Shown here: positions 36,934 through 50,800 of the stretch, piece by piece
How positions within the stretch are numbered: position 1 is the first letter of the stretch
How the letters are laid out: the number at the start of each line of letters is the position of its first letter
From: Escherichia coli
GTDB taxonomy: Bacteria; Pseudomonadota; Gammaproteobacteria; Enterobacterales; Enterobacteriaceae
Reading direction: 5' to 3' (one strand)
NCBI RefSeq assembly: GCF_017348835.2
Contig: NZ_CP071375.1
DNA: 64,000 bases
The notes under the pieces: generated by a model
The model's input: the letters and a program-made list of their open reading frames with translations, nothing else
Databases searched by the model: none
Told to the model about the DNA's origin: nothing
Made by a program: the position numbers and the translations under genes

Positions 36934-37341
36934 ATGGCGTTACGAAAAAAAGCGTTCCATCAGTTACGACAGCTTTTTCAGCAGCACACGGCTCGCTGGC
37001 AGCACGAGTTACCTGACCTGACCAAACCACAGTATGCGGTGATGCGCGCCATTGCTGATAAGCCTGGTATCGAACAGGTGGCACTGATAGAAGCAGCAGT
37101 CAGCACCAAAGCAACGTTGGCAGAAATGTTGGCAAGAATGGAGAATCGTGGCTTAGTCAGACGTGAACATGATGTCGCTGACAAGCGGCGTCGCTTTGTC
37201 TGGCTGACTGCCGAAGGAGAAAAGATACTTGCTGCGGCGATACCGATTGGTGACAGCGTGGATGAGGAATTTTTGGGGCGTTTGAGTGTAGAAGAGCAGG
37301 AGCTGTTTATGCAGTTGGTGCGCAAGATGATGAGCACATAG
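36934..37341 (+). CDS. MarR/SlyA-family transcriptional regulator
   Basis: 135-aa ORF with a winged-helix MarR-like core, divergently oriented from the decarboxylase operon. Confidence 0.75.
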   Translation: MALRKKAFHQLRQLFQQHTARWQHELPDLTKPQYAVMRAIADKPGIEQVALIEAAVSTKATLAEMLARMENRGLVRREHDVADKRRRFVWLTAEGEKILAAAIPIGDSVDEEFLGRLSVEEQELFMQLVRKMMST

Positions 37342-37410
37342 AATGCTGATTGCCGGGTAGGACGCTGACGTGTCTTATCCAGGCGACAAAAACACAAGCT
37401 TCCCAAACAA

Positions 37411-37442
37411 AAGAAAAAGGCCAGCCTCGCTTGAGACTGGCC
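37411..37442 (-). terminator. rho-independent terminator of rpoS
   Basis: ggccagcctcgc-ttga-gactggcc hairpin (37419-37442) followed on the minus strand by a T-run (plus aagaaaaa), 19 nt after the rpoS stop. Confidence 0.6.
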
Positions 37443-37460
37443 TTTCTGACAGATGCTTAC

Positions 37461-38453
37461 TTATTCGCGGAACAGCGCTTCGATATTCAGCCCCTGCGTT
37501 TGCAGGATTTCGCGCAAACGGCGCAGGCCTTCAACCTGAATCTGGCGAACACGTTCACGGGTGAGGCCAATTTCACGACCTACATCTTCCAGTGTTGCCG
37601 CTTCGTACCCCAGCAAACCGAATCGACGTGCCAGCACTTCACGCTGTTTGGCGTTCAGCTCGAACAGCCATTTGACGATGCTCTGCTTCATATCGTCATC
37701 TTGCGTGGTATCTTCCGGACCGTTCTCTTTTTCATCGGCCAGGATGTCCAGCAACGCTTTTTCGGAATCACCACCCAGCGGGGTGTCTACCGAGGTAATG
37801 CGCTCGTTAAGACGAAGCATACGGCTGACGTCATCAACTGGCTTATCCAGTTGCTCTGCGATCTCTTCCGCACTTGGTTCATGGTCCAGTTTATGGGACA
37901 ACTCGCGTGCGGTTCGCAGGTAAACGTTCAGCTCCTTTACGATGTGAATCGGCAAACGAATAGTACGGGTTTGGTTCATAATCGCCCGTTCAATCGTCTG
38001 GCGAATCCACCAGGTTGCATATGTTGAGAAGCGGAAACCACGTTCCGGGTCAAACTTCTCTACCGCGCGGATCAGCCCCAGGTTGCCCTCTTCGATAAGG
38101 TCCAGCAACGCCAGACCACGATTGCCATAACGGCGGGCAATTTTTACCACCAGACGCAAGTTACTCTCGATCATCCGGCGGCGAGAGGCGACATCTCCAC
38201 GCAGTGCGCGACGCGCAAAATAAACTTCTTCTTCGGCCGTTAACAGTGGTGAATAACCAATCTCACCAAGGTAAAGCTGAGTCGCGTCCAACACACGTTG
38301 TGTGGCTCCCTGCGATAACAGTTCCTCTTCGGCCAAATCGTTATCACTGGGTTCCTCTTCTACTAAGGCCTTTTCGTCAAAAACCTCAACTCCGTTCTCA
38401 TCAAATTCCGCATCTTCATTTAAATCATGAACTTTCAGCGTATTCTGACTCAT
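37461..38453 (-). CDS. rpoS: RNA polymerase sigma factor sigma-S (sigma-38)
   Basis: 330 aa from [24 protein letters not shown]; sigma70-family regions 2-4; codon 33 is Glu (no amber). The listed ORF starts 12 codons upstream. Confidence 0.95.
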   Translation of the reverse strand: MSQNTLKVHDLNEDAEFDENGVEVFDEKALVEEEPSDNDLAEEELLSQGATQRVLDATQLYLGEIGYSPLLTAEEEVYFARRALRGDVASRRRMIESNLRLVVKIARRYGNRGLALLDLIEEGNLGLIRAVEKFDPERGFRFSTYATWWIRQTIERAIMNQTRTIRLPIHIVKELNVYLRTARELSHKLDHEPSAEEIAEQLDKPVDDVSRMLRLNERITSVDTPLGGDSEKALLDILADEKENGPEDTTQDDDMKQSIVKWLFELNAKQREVLARRFGLLGYEAATLEDVGREIGLTRERVRQIQVEGLRRLREILQTQGLNIEALFRE

Positions 38454-38515
38454 AAGGTGGCTCCTACCCGTGATCCCTTGACGGAACATTCAAGCAAAAG
38501 CCTGGTTCCGCCGAT

Positions 38516-39655
38516 TTATCGCTGCGGCAAATAACGCAGCGGGTTTACGGATTTCCCCTTGTAACGAATTTCAAAATGCAAGCGTGTTGAACTGGTTCCG
38601 GTGCTACCCATGGTTGCTATTTTTTGCCCCGCCTTCACTTCTTGTTGTTCCCGGACCAGCATTGTGTCGTTATGGGCGTAGGCACTCAGGTAATCATCAT
38701 TATGTTTGATGATAATCAGATTACCGTAGCCGCGCAGCGCGTTACCGGCATAAACAACGCGGCCATCTGCGGTCGCGATAATTGCCTGTCCTTTGCTGCC
38801 TGCGATATCAATCCCCTTGTTGCCCCCCTCAGAAGCGCCAAAGGTTTCGATCACTTTGCCCTCAGTCGGCCAGCGCCAGGTGGAGATAGGCGTACTGGTT
38901 GATGTACTGCTGACAGTCGGCTCGGTTGTGCTTGCTGTTGGTACCGTTACAGGCGCTGTGACCGTGGTCGCAGTTGGCTTGTTGTTCGGCAACATTTTGT
39001 TAGCACTCTGTTCACCCGAAGACTCAGAATACGTAATTGTCGGTTGCGACGCAACAGCAACGGTGGAATTTTGTGCAGGCTTGATCACAACTCCTTGCTC
39101 TGCTGCGTCGGCCTGGGTAATGGCATTTCCGCCAGTGATTGGCGTACCGGAAGCATTACCCACCTGCAAGGTCTGACCAACGTTCAGCGCGTATGGTGCC
39201 TGAATATTGTTGCGCTGAGCAAGGTCACGGAAATCGTTGCCAGTAATCCAGGCGATATAGAAAAGTGTGTCGCCTTTTTTCACGGTATAGGTACTGCCGC
39301 TATAACTGCCTTTCGGAATGTTCCCATACTGACGGTTGTAGACGATACGTCCGTTTTCCATCTGTACCGGCTGCTGAGCTACTGGCTGCACTGGCTGGAT
39401 TTGCGGTTGTTGAGTAGCCTGAATTTGTGGCTGCTGTACCGGCTGAATTTGCGGTTGCTGGGTTGTAGACGTCGTTCCCATTTTCGGCGGTGGCGTAATC
39501 AACATACCAGAATTGGTATTTGCTGGCGCATTGCCATTAACGGAGCTGACCGGTGCCGGTGGATTTGAAGTGTCAGAACAGCCTGCCAGCCATAGCGAAA
39601 CCAGTGACAAAGCCGCAATGCGGCGAACGGTGAATTTTGGGCTTCCCGCGCTCAT
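38516..39655 (-). CDS. nlpD: LysM/M23-domain lipoprotein, activator of cell-wall amidase
   Basis: 379-aa ORF with a lipoprotein signal (LAGCS), Q/P-rich repeats (QQPQIQ), LysM and a C-terminal M23 domain; immediately upstream of rpoS. Confidence 0.92.
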   Translation of the reverse strand: MSAGSPKFTVRRIAALSLVSLWLAGCSDTSNPPAPVSSVNGNAPANTNSGMLITPPPKMGTTSTTQQPQIQPVQQPQIQATQQPQIQPVQPVAQQPVQMENGRIVYNRQYGNIPKGSYSGSTYTVKKGDTLFYIAWITGNDFRDLAQRNNIQAPYALNVGQTLQVGNASGTPITGGNAITQADAAEQGVVIKPAQNSTVAVASQPTITYSESSGEQSANKMLPNNKPTATTVTAPVTVPTASTTEPTVSSTSTSTPISTWRWPTEGKVIETFGASEGGNKGIDIAGSKGQAIIATADGRVVYAGNALRGYGNLIIIKHNDDYLSAYAHNDTMLVREQQEVKAGQKIATMGSTGTSSTRLHFEIRYKGKSVNPLRYLPQR

Positions 39656-39794
39656 TTATCCCCCAGGAAAAATTGGTTAATAACCAGTGACATAATTACC
39701 GTGCAAGGCACCATACTGAACACTGGAAAAGATGTTCACGATACGCTGACCTACGGCAAAATAACCAGGAAAAATCCAGGTATTTCCTCACGTT

Positions 39795-41156
<1,362 letters not shown>

Positions 41157-41176
<20 letters not shown>

Positions 41177-42206
41177 AATCACCTGTTGTGTTGATAAGTT
41201 CCCTGACAACGCTGGTTGCAAAACTACCCGCAGGAAGCCAGAAACGGATCTCTACGGTGACGTCATCCCACCAGTTCCAGCTTAATTGTTGCGGATACAG
41301 CAGCATCGCTCTGCGCGCGGCTTCAACTTTTTCGCGCACCAGTAAGGTTTGTAATTCAGTTTCTGCGGCGACCGCTGCTTGTTCGAATGCCAACGCTTCA
41401 CGCTGAGTTCCCCATTCGCCACTGCCCGGCAATGCGGCGGTTATCATCAGCTCTTTATCGTTGACGCGACGCTGTAATTCCGCCAGTTCTTCGGTGGTTG
41501 CGACAAACCAGCTACCACGTCCGGCTAATTGTAGCGCATCGCCGTCAACAACTTGATTAACGTCTGCTTTTTTGAGGCGCTCAGCAACAATCTGATTAAA
41601 CAACGCACTGCGGGCTGCCGACAACCAAAAACTCCGTTTATTGCGATCGCGCACCGGAGTATTGGTTTGCGCCCAGCGCAGCGCGCCCTGCAAGTTGCTA
41701 CCGCCAATCCCAAAACGTTGGGCACCGAAGTAGTTCGGTACACCTTTTACGCAAATATCGATCAGACGTTGTTCAACGTCATCGCGATTGCTCACTTCGC
41801 GCAGAACCAGGGTAAAGGCGTTTCCTTTCAGCGCCCCTAAACGCAGCTTGCGCTTGTGCCGCGCATACTCCAGCACCTGGCAGCCTTCCAGTTGAAAGGC
41901 GCTCAGATCGGGCATTTCCTTGCCCGGCACGCGAGCGCATAACCACTGTTCCGTAACAGCATGTTTGTCTTTTTGCCCAGCGAAGCTGACTTCACGGGCA
42001 TGAATTTTCAGGAATTTCGCCAGTGCATCCGCCACAAAACGGGTATTGCAGCCGTTTTTGAGGATTCTAACCAGAATATGCTCACCTTCACCATCAGGCT
42101 CAAAGCCCAAATCTTCCACCACCACAAAGTCTTCCGGATTGGCTTTCAGCAGCCCGGTGCCTTGCGGTTTACCGTGGAGGTAAGTGAGATTATCAAACTC
42201 AATCAT
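41157..42206 (-). CDS. truD: tRNA pseudouridine(13) synthase
   Basis: 349-aa ORF in the conserved position between ispF and surE. Confidence 0.9.
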
Positions 42207-42682
42207 TTTGTTGCCTTAATGAGTAGCGCCACCGCTTCACAGGCAATCCCTTCCCCACGTCCGGTAAATCCAAGTTTTTCCGTAGTAGTGGCTTTCACGT
42301 TAACATCATCCATATGGCAGCCGAGATCTTCGGCAATAAACACGCGCATTTGTGGAATGTGCGGCAACATCTTCGGTGCCTGAGCGATGATAGTGACATC
42401 GACGTTGCCAAGGGTATAACCCTTCGCCTGAATACGACGCCAGGCTTCGCGTAGCAGCTCGCGGCTGTCGGCACCTTTAAATGCCGGATCGGTATCCGGG
42501 AACAGTTTGCCGATATCCCCCAGCGCCGCCGCGCCAAGCAATGCATCGGTCAACGCATGGAGCGCCACGTCGCCATCAGAATGCGCCAGCAATCCTTTTT
42601 TGTAAGGAATGCGTACGCCACCAATGATAATTGGGCCTTCACCGCCAAAGGCGTGTACGTCAAAACCGTGTCCAATTCGCAT
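42203..42682 (-). CDS. ispF: 2-C-methyl-D-erythritol 2,4-cyclodiphosphate synthase
   Basis: 159-aa ORF with the IspF N-terminal motif [12 protein letters not shown]. Confidence 0.93.
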   Translation of the reverse strand: MRIGHGFDVHAFGGEGPIIIGGVRIPYKKGLLAHSDGDVALHALTDALLGAAALGDIGKLFPDTDPAFKGADSRELLREAWRRIQAKGYTLGNVDVTIIAQAPKMLPHIPQMRVFIAEDLGCHMDDVNVKATTTEKLGFTGRGEGIACEAVALLIKATK

Positions 42683-43392
42683 TATGTATTCTCCTGATGG
42701 ATGGTTCGGGTGAGGTAAAACTCGGCCAGTGCCAAATCTTCCGGGCGCGTGACTTTAATGTTATCCGCGCGGCCTTCGACCAACTGAGGATGGAATCCGC
42801 AATATTCCAGCGCCGAGGCTTCATCGGTAATGGTAGCGCCTTCATTTAGAGCGCGCGTCAGGCAGTCATGTAACAGCTCACGAGGGAAAAATTGCGGCGT
42901 CAGCGCGTGCCATAAGCCGTTGCGATCAACGGTATGAGCAATGGCATTTTTGCCCGGTTCGGCACGTTTCATAGTATCGCGCACTGGTGCGGCGAGGATC
43001 CCCCCCGTGCGGCTGGTTTCGCTCAACGCCAACAATCGCGCGAGGTCATCCTGATGCAGACAAGGACGAGCGGCGTCATGCACCAATACCCACTGCGCGT
43101 CGCCAGCGGCTTTCAGACCTGCCAGCACGGAATCGGCACGCTCATCACCGCCATCTACAACGGTGATTTGCGGATGATTCGCCAGAGGAAGTTGTGCAAA
43201 ACGGCTATCGCCAGGACTTATGGCAATGACGACACGTTTCACCCGGGGATGCGCCAGCAGCGCATGCACCGAGTGTTCAAGAATGGTTTGATTACCGATT
43301 GAGAGATATTGCTTAGGACATTCCGTTTGCATTCGACGGCCAAATCCGGCCGCCGGAACCACGGCGCAAACATCCAAATGAGTGGTTGCCAT
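42682..43392 (-). CDS. ispD: 2-C-methyl-D-erythritol 4-phosphate cytidylyltransferase
   Basis: 236-aa ORF with a nucleotidyltransferase fold ([11 protein letters not shown]); stop overlaps the ispF start. Confidence 0.93.
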   Translation of the reverse strand: MATTHLDVCAVVPAAGFGRRMQTECPKQYLSIGNQTILEHSVHALLAHPRVKRVVIAISPGDSRFAQLPLANHPQITVVDGGDERADSVLAGLKAAGDAQWVLVHDAARPCLHQDDLARLLALSETSRTGGILAAPVRDTMKRAEPGKNAIAHTVDRNGLWHALTPQFFPRELLHDCLTRALNEGATITDEASALEYCGFHPQLVEGRADNIKVTRPEDLALAEFYLTRTIHQENT

Positions 43393-43410
43393 GTTAATTC
43401 CCGGGCTGAT

Positions 43411-43722
43411 TTATCGATTGTTTTGCCCCGCAGACTGTGCGCGCTTCGACGCGTCAGGTATCAGACGATAAAAAGTTTCGCCCGGCCTGGTCATGCTGAG
43501 TTCATTACGCGCACGCTCTTCGAGCGCCTCCTGGCCGCCATTGAGATCGTCAATTTCGGCAAAAAGTTGATCGTTTCGCGCTTTAAGTTTCGCGTTTGTA
43601 GCTTGCTGTGCCGCCACATCATCATTGACGCGGGTATAGTCATGTATACCGTTCTTACCGAACCACAGCGAATACTGTAGCCAGACCAGAATAGCCAGCA
43701 ACAGCAGCGTTAGTTTACCCAT
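43411..43722 (-). CDS. ftsB: cell division protein
   Basis: 103-aa ORF with an N-terminal TM segment and coiled coil. Confidence 0.9.
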   Translation of the reverse strand: MGKLTLLLLAILVWLQYSLWFGKNGIHDYTRVNDDVAAQQATNAKLKARNDQLFAEIDDLNGGQEALEERARNELSMTRPGETFYRLIPDASKRAQSAGQNNR

Positions 43723-43915
43723 CCTGCCCCCTGAAAAACGGCATCATCATCCCATGCATCCGAAGACGACTCTACATCCTCTGTTGGGGATACCGCGACA
43801 ACGCGGGCAAATGTACCACATTTGTCCATTGTTACGTATACCCAGGGCGTGCAGAACATAATCTCATTATTAGTTACGGTTTGAATTATGAACAGAGGAG
43901 ACAAGAAAGTACAAA

Positions 43916-44239
43916 TTAGCCCAGTAGCCACATAAACAGTGCGCCAAACATAATGCCTACTGTCATCAGGGTGAAAACAATACTGTAGCGTAGCTTTCCG
44001 TCCATCAATGAATGCAGCGCAATCCCCACCACTACCGCGACGGGCATCAGCGCAAGAAAGAAAGGCCAGGTGTAGATAAAGAAGAACAGCGTGTTAGAGC
44101 CATAAATCAACATCGGCATCGCCAGCGCAAATAACCAGGAGATAAAACCGACCACGGCACCAGGCAGTGACCATGTGGTTTCTTCATCCTCAGTAAGGCT
44201 GTCGTTATTTGTTAGTGTAATGTTATGGCTATTACGCAT
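43916..44239 (-). CDS. ygbE: small inner-membrane protein
   Basis: 107-aa hydrophobic ORF between cysC and ftsB. Confidence 0.8.
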   Translation of the reverse strand: MRNSHNITLTNNDSLTEDEETTWSLPGAVVGFISWLFALAMPMLIYGSNTLFFFIYTWPFFLALMPVAVVVGIALHSLMDGKLRYSIVFTLMTVGIMFGALFMWLLG

Positions 44240-44288
44240 ATTTGATCCTGTTACTTTGACGAACCGGGCATGGAAACCCGGTGGTGTC

Positions 44289-44894
44289 TCAGGATCTGAT
44301 AATATCGTTCTGTCTCAACAGATCTAATAATTGCTGTACCAAATTTGTTACTAATTGTTCACCATTGAGATGAATTTCTGCCGATTCAGGCGCTTCGTAA
44401 ACGGAATCTATTCCCGTAAAGTTGCGCAGTTCACCGGCACGCGCTTTCTTATATAAGCCTTTTGGATCGCGGGCTTCGCAAATCGCCAGCGGCGTATCGA
44501 CAAACACTTCGATAAAGCGCCCTTCTCCTACGCGTTCGCGAACCATCTGGCGTTCGGCGCGGTGTGGCGAGATAAATGCGGTCAGCACCACCAGTCCGGC
44601 TTCAACCATCAAATTCGCCACTTCACCGACGCGACGGATATTCTCTTTACGATCGGCATCGCTAAAACCGAGATCGCTGCATAATCCGTGGCGAACATTA
44701 TCGCCATCCAGCAGATACGTACTGACGCCGAGTTTATGTAACGTCTCCTCCAGCGCCCCGGCGACCGTTGATTTACCGGACCCGGAGAGGCCGGTAAACC
44801 ACAGCACTACACCACGATGACCGTGGTGTAGCTCGCGTTGTTGCACAGTGACCGGATGGCTATGCCAGACGACGTTTTCGTCATGCAGCGCCAT
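44289..44894 (-). CDS. cysC: adenylylsulfate kinase
   Basis: 201-aa ORF with a P-loop (GLSGSGKST). Confidence 0.93.
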   Translation of the reverse strand: MALHDENVVWHSHPVTVQQRELHHGHRGVVLWFTGLSGSGKSTVAGALEETLHKLGVSTYLLDGDNVRHGLCSDLGFSDADRKENIRRVGEVANLMVEAGLVVLTAFISPHRAERQMVRERVGEGRFIEVFVDTPLAICEARDPKGLYKKARAGELRNFTGIDSVYEAPESAEIHLNGEQLVTNLVQQLLDLLRQNDIIRS

Positions 44895-46321
44895 TATTTA
44901 TCCCCCAGCAAATCGCGCGCGCCCCAGTGCGGAAAGTGGCGACGAACCAGGGCATTCAATTCCAGTTCGAATGCACTGAATTCAGATGGCGCAGCAGTTG
45001 CCTGGCTAACTGGCTCGTGCACCATACCGGCACCTACGGTCACATTGCTCAGGCGATCGATAAAAATCAGCCCACCGGTAACCGGGTTTTGCTGATAACG
45101 ATCTAACACCAGTGGCTCGTCAAAAGTGAGATCCACCAGGCCGATGCCGTTCAGCGGCAGGTTTTCAACTTCGCGTTGGGTAAGGTTATTAATATCAACC
45201 TGATAACGAATGCCATCAACACGAGCACGCGTCTTCTTACCGGCAATTTTGATGTCGTAACTCTGGCCCGGGGAAAGCGGCTGTTCCGCCATCCATACCA
45301 CATCCACCGACGCGCTCTGCACAGCTGGTAACGCTTCGTCTGCCGCCAGCAGCAGATCGCCACGGCTGATGTCGATCTCATCCGTCAGCACCAGGGTGAT
45401 CGCTTCTCCGGCAAAGGCTTCTTCGCGATCACCATCAAAAGTCACGATCCGCGCGACGTTTGATTCCACACCAGAGGGCAGCACTTTGACACGTTGCCCG
45501 ACTTCCACGCGACCGGATGCCAGCGTTCCGGCGTAGCCACGAAAATCGAGATTCGGGCGATTAACGTACTGCACCGGGAAGCGCATTGGCTGAGCATCCA
45601 CCACTCGCTGGATCTCCACGGTTTCCAGCACTTCGAGCAGTGTCGGACCGCTGTACCACGGCATACTTTCACTTTGCGAAGCCACGTTGTCACCTTCCAG
45701 TGCGGAGAGCGGCACAAAGCGGATATCCAGATTACCCGGCAGCTGCCCGGCAAAGGTCAGATAATCTTCACGAATACGGGTGAACGTCTCTTCACTGTAA
45801 TCCACCAGATCCATTTTGTTGATCGCCACGACCAGATGTTTGATCCCCAACAATGTGGAGATAAAACTGTGACGACGGGTTTGATCGAGCACGCCTTTAC
45901 GGGCATCGATCAGTAAAATCGCCAGTTCACATGTCGATGCGCCAGTCGCCATATTGCGGGTGTACTGCTCGTGTCCTGGGGTGTCGGCGATAATAAATTT
46001 ACGCTTCTCGGTAGAGAAATAGCGGTAGGCCACATCAATAGTGATGCCCTGTTCGCGCTCAGCTTGCAGGCCGTCCACCAGCAGTGCCAGATCCAGCTTT
46101 TCGCCCTGGGTGCCGTGACGTTTACTGTCGTTATGCAGCGATGAGAGCTGATCTTCGTAGATTTGGCGGGTATCGTGCAGCAGGCGACCAATCAGGGTAC
46201 TTTTGCCGTCATCGACGCTACCACAGGTCAGAAAACGCAGCAGGCTTTTATGTTGTTGCGCAATCATCCAGGCTTCGACGCCGCCTTCATTGGCGATTTG
46301 TTGTGCAAGTGCGGTGTTCAT
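44894..46321 (-). CDS. cysN: sulfate adenylyltransferase subunit 1 (GTPase)
   Basis: 475-aa EF-Tu-like GTPase ([18 protein letters not shown]). Confidence 0.93.
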   Translation of the reverse strand: MNTALAQQIANEGGVEAWMIAQQHKSLLRFLTCGSVDDGKSTLIGRLLHDTRQIYEDQLSSLHNDSKRHGTQGEKLDLALLVDGLQAEREQGITIDVAYRYFSTEKRKFIIADTPGHEQYTRNMATGASTCELAILLIDARKGVLDQTRRHSFISTLLGIKHLVVAINKMDLVDYSEETFTRIREDYLTFAGQLPGNLDIRFVPLSALEGDNVASQSESMPWYSGPTLLEVLETVEIQRVVDAQPMRFPVQYVNRPNLDFRGYAGTLASGRVEVGQRVKVLPSGVESNVARIVTFDGDREEAFAGEAITLVLTDEIDISRGDLLLAADEALPAVQSASVDVVWMAEQPLSPGQSYDIKIAGKKTRARVDGIRYQVDINNLTQREVENLPLNGIGLVDLTFDEPLVLDRYQQNPVTGGLIFIDRLSNVTVGAGMVHEPVSQATAAPSEFSAFELELNALVRRHFPHWGARDLLGDK

Positions 46322-46322
46322 C

Positions 46323-47231
46323 TTAAAAATACCCCTGACGTTTTTTCAGCTCCATAGACCCCGCCTGGTCGCGGTCAATCACGCGGCCCTGACGTTCACT
46401 GGTGGTGGAAACCAGCATCTCTTCGATGATTTCCGGCAGTGTTTGTGCATTTGACTCCACCGCACCGGTCAGCGGCCAGCAGCCCAGCGTACGGAAACGC
46501 ACCATCCGTTTTTTAATCACTTCGCCCGGTTGCAGGTCGATACGGTTGTCATCAATCATCATCAACATACCGTCGCGTTCCAGAACCGGACGTTCCGCAG
46601 CGAGATACAGCGGCACAATGTCGATATTTTCCAGCCAGATGTATTGCCAGATATCCTGCTCGGTCCAGTTAGAGAGCGGGAAGACGCGGATGCTTTCGCC
46701 TTTGTTAATTTGCCCGTTGTAGTTGTGCCACAGCTCCGGGCGCTGATTTTTCGGATCCCAGCGATGGAAGCGGTCACGGAAAGAGTAGATTCGCTCTTTA
46801 GCGCGGGATTTCTCTTCGTCACGGCGCGCACCACCGAAGGCGGCATCAAAACCGTATTTGTTCAGCGCCTGTTTCAGGCCTTCAGTTTTCATAATATCGG
46901 TATGTTTCGCGCTGCCGTGCACGAATGGATTAATCCCCATCGCCACGCCTTCCGGGTTTTTATGCACCAGCAGCTCGCAGCCGTAGGCTTTCGCCGTACG
47001 ATCGCGGAACTCATACATCTCGCGGAATTTCCAGCCGGTATCGACATGCAGCAACGGGAAAGGCAGCGTACCTGGATAAAACGCCTTGCGCGCCAGATGC
47101 AGCATGACGCTGGAATCTTTACCGATAGAGTAGAGCATCACCGGATTTGAGAATTCTGCCGCCACCTCGCGAATAATGTGGATACTTTCCGCCTCCAGTT
47201 GCTGCAGGTGAGTAAGTCGTTTTTGATCCAT
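46323..47231 (-). CDS. cysD: sulfate adenylyltransferase subunit 2
   Basis: 302-aa PAPS-reductase-fold ORF, first gene of cysDNC. Confidence 0.93.
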   Translation of the reverse strand: MDQKRLTHLQQLEAESIHIIREVAAEFSNPVMLYSIGKDSSVMLHLARKAFYPGTLPFPLLHVDTGWKFREMYEFRDRTAKAYGCELLVHKNPEGVAMGINPFVHGSAKHTDIMKTEGLKQALNKYGFDAAFGGARRDEEKSRAKERIYSFRDRFHRWDPKNQRPELWHNYNGQINKGESIRVFPLSNWTEQDIWQYIWLENIDIVPLYLAAERPVLERDGMLMMIDDNRIDLQPGEVIKKRMVRFRTLGCWPLTGAVESNAQTLPEIIEEMLVSTTSERQGRVIDRDQAGSMELKKRQGYF

Positions 47232-47482
47232 AACCGTTCCTTTGCAATACCGCTATTTTCTTGCCATCAGATGTTTCGACTATAGGGAGCGTAAGAGAAC
47301 GAATGAAATTACCAATTAGAATGAGTAGTTCCTTAACGGAATAACGATTTGGCAAAGCTAATATCAAAAAGTGCTTAAGGCACCGGATTTCGGGCGTTTA
47401 GGAAGATTTGAAATTGTTTTAGCGCAGCGGCAGTTTCATACTATGGCGGTAAAAAAATTTGCATGGTATTTAAGGACTCACT

Positions 47483-48520
47483 ATGTTTTCCGCATTGCGC
47501 CACCGTACCGCTGCCCTGGCGCTCGGCGTATGCTTTATTCTCCCCGTACACGCCTCGTCACCTAAACCTGGCGATTTTGCTAATACTCAGGCACGACATA
47601 TTGCTACTTTCTTTCCGGGACGCATGACCGGAACTCCTGCAGAAATGTTATCTGCCGATTATATTCGCCAACAGTTTCAGCAAATGGGTTATCGCAGTGA
47701 TATTCGGACATTTAATAGTCGGTATATTTATACCGCCCGCGATAATCGTAAGAGCTGGCATAACGTGACAGGAAGTACGGTGATTGCCGCTCATGAAGGC
47801 AAAGCGCCGCAGCAGATCATCATTATGGCGCATCTGGATACTTACGCCCCGCTGAGCGATGCTGACGCCGATGCCAATCTCGGCGGGCTGACGTTACAAG
47901 GAATGGATGATAACGCCGCAGGTTTAGGTGTCATGCTGGAATTGGCAGAACGCCTGAAAAATACGCCTACCGAGTATGGTATTCGATTTGTGGCGACCAG
48001 CGGCGAAGAGGAAGGGAAATTAGGCGCTGAGAATTTACTCAAGCGGATGAGTGACACCGAAAAGAAAAATACGCTGCTGGTGATTAATCTCGATAACTTA
48101 ATTGTTGGCGATAAATTGTATTTCAACAGCGGTGTAAAAACCCCTGAAGCAGTAAGGAAATTAACGCGCGACAGGGCGCTGGCAATTGCGCGCAGTCATG
48201 GAATTGCCGCAACGACCAATCCGGGTTTGAATAAAAATTATCCGAAAGGCACTGGGTGTTGTAATGACGCAGAAATATTCGACAAAGCGGGCATTGCTGT
48301 ACTTTCGGTGGAAGCGACTAACTGGAATCTTGGGAATAAGGATGGTTATCAGCAACGCGCAAAAACAGCCGCATTCCCTGCGGGAAATAGCTGGCATGAT
48401 GTAAGGCTTGATAATCAACAGCATATTGATAAGGCACTTCCTGGAAGAATAGAACGTCGCTGCCGTGATGTTATGCGGATAATGCTACCACTGGTGAAGG
48501 AGCTGGCGAAGGCGTCTTGA
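47483..48520 (+). CDS. iap: alkaline phosphatase isozyme conversion aminopeptidase
   Basis: 345-aa ORF with a signal peptide and M28-like peptidase core, adjacent to the CRISPR array. Confidence 0.88.
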   Translation: MFSALRHRTAALALGVCFILPVHASSPKPGDFANTQARHIATFFPGRMTGTPAEMLSADYIRQQFQQMGYRSDIRTFNSRYIYTARDNRKSWHNVTGSTVIAAHEGKAPQQIIIMAHLDTYAPLSDADADANLGGLTLQGMDDNAAGLGVMLELAERLKNTPTEYGIRFVATSGEEEGKLGAENLLKRMSDTEKKNTLLVINLDNLIVGDKLYFNSGVKTPEAVRKLTRDRALAIARSHGIAATTNPGLNKNYPKGTGCCNDAEIFDKAGIAVLSVEATNWNLGNKDGYQQRAKTAAFPAGNSWHDVRLDNQQHIDKALPGRIERRCRDVMRIMLPLVKELAKAS

Positions 48521-48540
48521 TGGGTTTGAAAATGGGAGCT

Positions 48541-48814
48541 GGGAGTTCTACCGCAGGGGCGGGGAATTCTCAGTGATATCCATCATCGCATCCAGTGCGC
48601 CCGGTTTATCCCCGCTGGCGCGGGGAACACTGCAGGTTTTTAGGGATAGTCACTGCAATACGCGGTTTATCCCCGCTGGCGCGGGGAACACGCAAGCCGC
48701 CCATTTGACGGTCACGCCAGTTACCGGTTTATCCCCGCTGGCGCGGGGAACACCCGGGATAGCCGATAACGATGGCGGCTCTGGGCGGTTTATCCCCGCT
48801 GGCGCGGGGAACAC
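48541..48814 (-). CRISPR. short type I-E CRISPR array: 4 intact 29-bp repeats plus one degenerate terminal repeat, 4 spacers
   Basis: CGGTTTATCCCCGCTGGCGCGGGGAACAC occurs at 48602-48630, 48663-48691, 48725-48753 and 48786-48814, with spacers of 32, 33 and 32 bp. A degenerate copy (18/29) lies at 48541-48569, leaving a 32-bp spacer at 48570-48601. Minus-strand repeat is GTGTTCCCCGCGCCAGCGGGGATAAACCG. Confidence 0.92.
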
Positions 48815-48910
48815 ACTAAGCATACATATCTGTTTTTAAACAAATTTATTCCACATCAACAATCTACCAACTAAATTCAAACATTTCCTTATTTTTAAAG
48901 AACACATAAC
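48815..48910 (-). promoter_or_regulatory. AT-rich CRISPR leader
   Basis: About 96 bp of AT-rich sequence between the last intact repeat and the cas2 remnant, the normal leader position for an E. coli I-E array. Confidence 0.55.
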
Positions 48911-49237
<327 letters not shown>

Positions 49238-49241
<4 letters not shown>

Positions 49242-50800
49242 TCAGCAGCCTCCTGCTTTTTCTCCCTGGCGGCTTTAGCACTTTGCTTCTCCGCCGATGT
49301 TGTAAAATATTTCTTGCGCGCGGTCATGACGCGTTCCAAATCAACGGGCTCATAAGGATTGGTGAATACACGCTCGTCAAAATCCTGACGTGCGAATAAC
49401 CAAATTTCCTTTTGCCATTTGCCGAGTAATTCATCCGCATCCTGACCTTCTTCAATTTGGCGCACTAACCTCAGGAAGCGATGCTGAGTTTTGTTCCAGA
49501 AGTCGATATCCACAAAACTGAAATCACCCCTTGCACCTTTTGGATCGGAGAACCATGCTTCTTTCAATGCACTCCGTAACAGACTCAGAATCCGTGAAGC
49601 CGTTTGCGCAGCCAGCCGCAGCTTCGGTATCTGGCCTTCTTTTTTATTGAGCAATAGAGGGAAATGGTGTTCGTACCAACAGCGAACCTTCATATCTTCG
49701 AAATCATAACCAAATCCCCACAAGCCTATTTTTGTCTGCTTTAGATTGCTGGCATTGAAAAGCTTCACTACCTGTGCGGGGAGTTCAGTATTGTTTTTTG
49801 ATTTACCTTCCTCTATGAGGCCTAACCAGTCGCGCCAGATTAAACCACCTGGTTGTGGTTTAACTGAGTAAAACTCTCCTCCCTCTTTAAGCGGCATACG
49901 GTAAGGTGTTAGAGGATGCCTCCACATGACGTATTGCACCCCATTGTTTTTAAGTGCCATCAAGCTCAATAGAGCGCCGCTCTGACTACCGCAAATATCG
50001 CAGTTGCCAATTGAGGTTGTCTTAAAATCAATACGAATACGCCGAGGCATTCCCCAGTAGGCCTGAAGTTTATTGACTTGTTCATCGGTTATCACAGCAC
50101 CATCCAGTTCACTGGTACGCGTCGGTGCAAGCCAGGGAAAGACCAGGTCATCAAAGGTTTTTGGTAAAGGTAAATCGGCTTCATCCTGTGGCATTACGTT
50201 AAGCCACAGCTTGCGCCACAAAGGGGGTTGTGGATTGCCCTGATACTCCAGCAATTCTATAAGTGTGGTCAGCGGCCCCCCGCCACGTAACCCCGGATAG
50301 TAACCGCGTCCACCTTTGGGAGCATTCAGCTGGATTGAAAAAAGTGCTAAAGGCACACAATGCAGGCATATATGCTGAATTGTATCTCGCTTAATAAAAT
50401 GGTCTTTATTTCGTTCTTTTGTTTGTTTTCCTGGTATGTCAGGAAGAAGCGAAGCAATAGAACTAACCTTAACTCTTAATTCTTCGAAATCCTGCATAAA
50501 TGAAGGTGAATCTGGCCCGAACTGGAAAGCATGTTCTAATAACAGCAATGCTTCCCGTAGCTTTTCGGCTTCCAGTCCGTCTTCCCAGATATCATCCCAA
50601 CGACGATGATCTTTTGGCGCGAAGCTGGTTTGTAGTAACCCCAGCAAAAACTGCCAGGCCGCCCCCTGGAGATCTGCCCGCGGCGCAGCGATATCGACAA
50701 CATTTTCATCCGCCAGATCGACTGGCGCCAGTTTGCCTGTCGTTCCGTCTTTAAAACGAACGGGCAACCACGGGGTTGTCAGAAGTGAAAACGAGTTCAT
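49238..50800 (-). CDS. casA: Cascade large subunit Cse1/CasA (variant distinct from the K-12 allele)
   Basis: 520 aa from MNSFSLLTTPWLPVRFKDGTTGKLAPVDL, a Cse1-type N-terminus; sits between cas3 and the cse2 start with the usual ATGA overlap. The start could instead be the upstream Met at 50860. Confidence 0.7.

Noticed and set aside
48573-48839. 88-aa ORF (MISIIASSAPGLSPLARGT...) spanning the CRISPR array
   Set aside because: It is generated by repeated translation of the 29-bp repeat (recurring GLSPLARGT); an artefact of the array.
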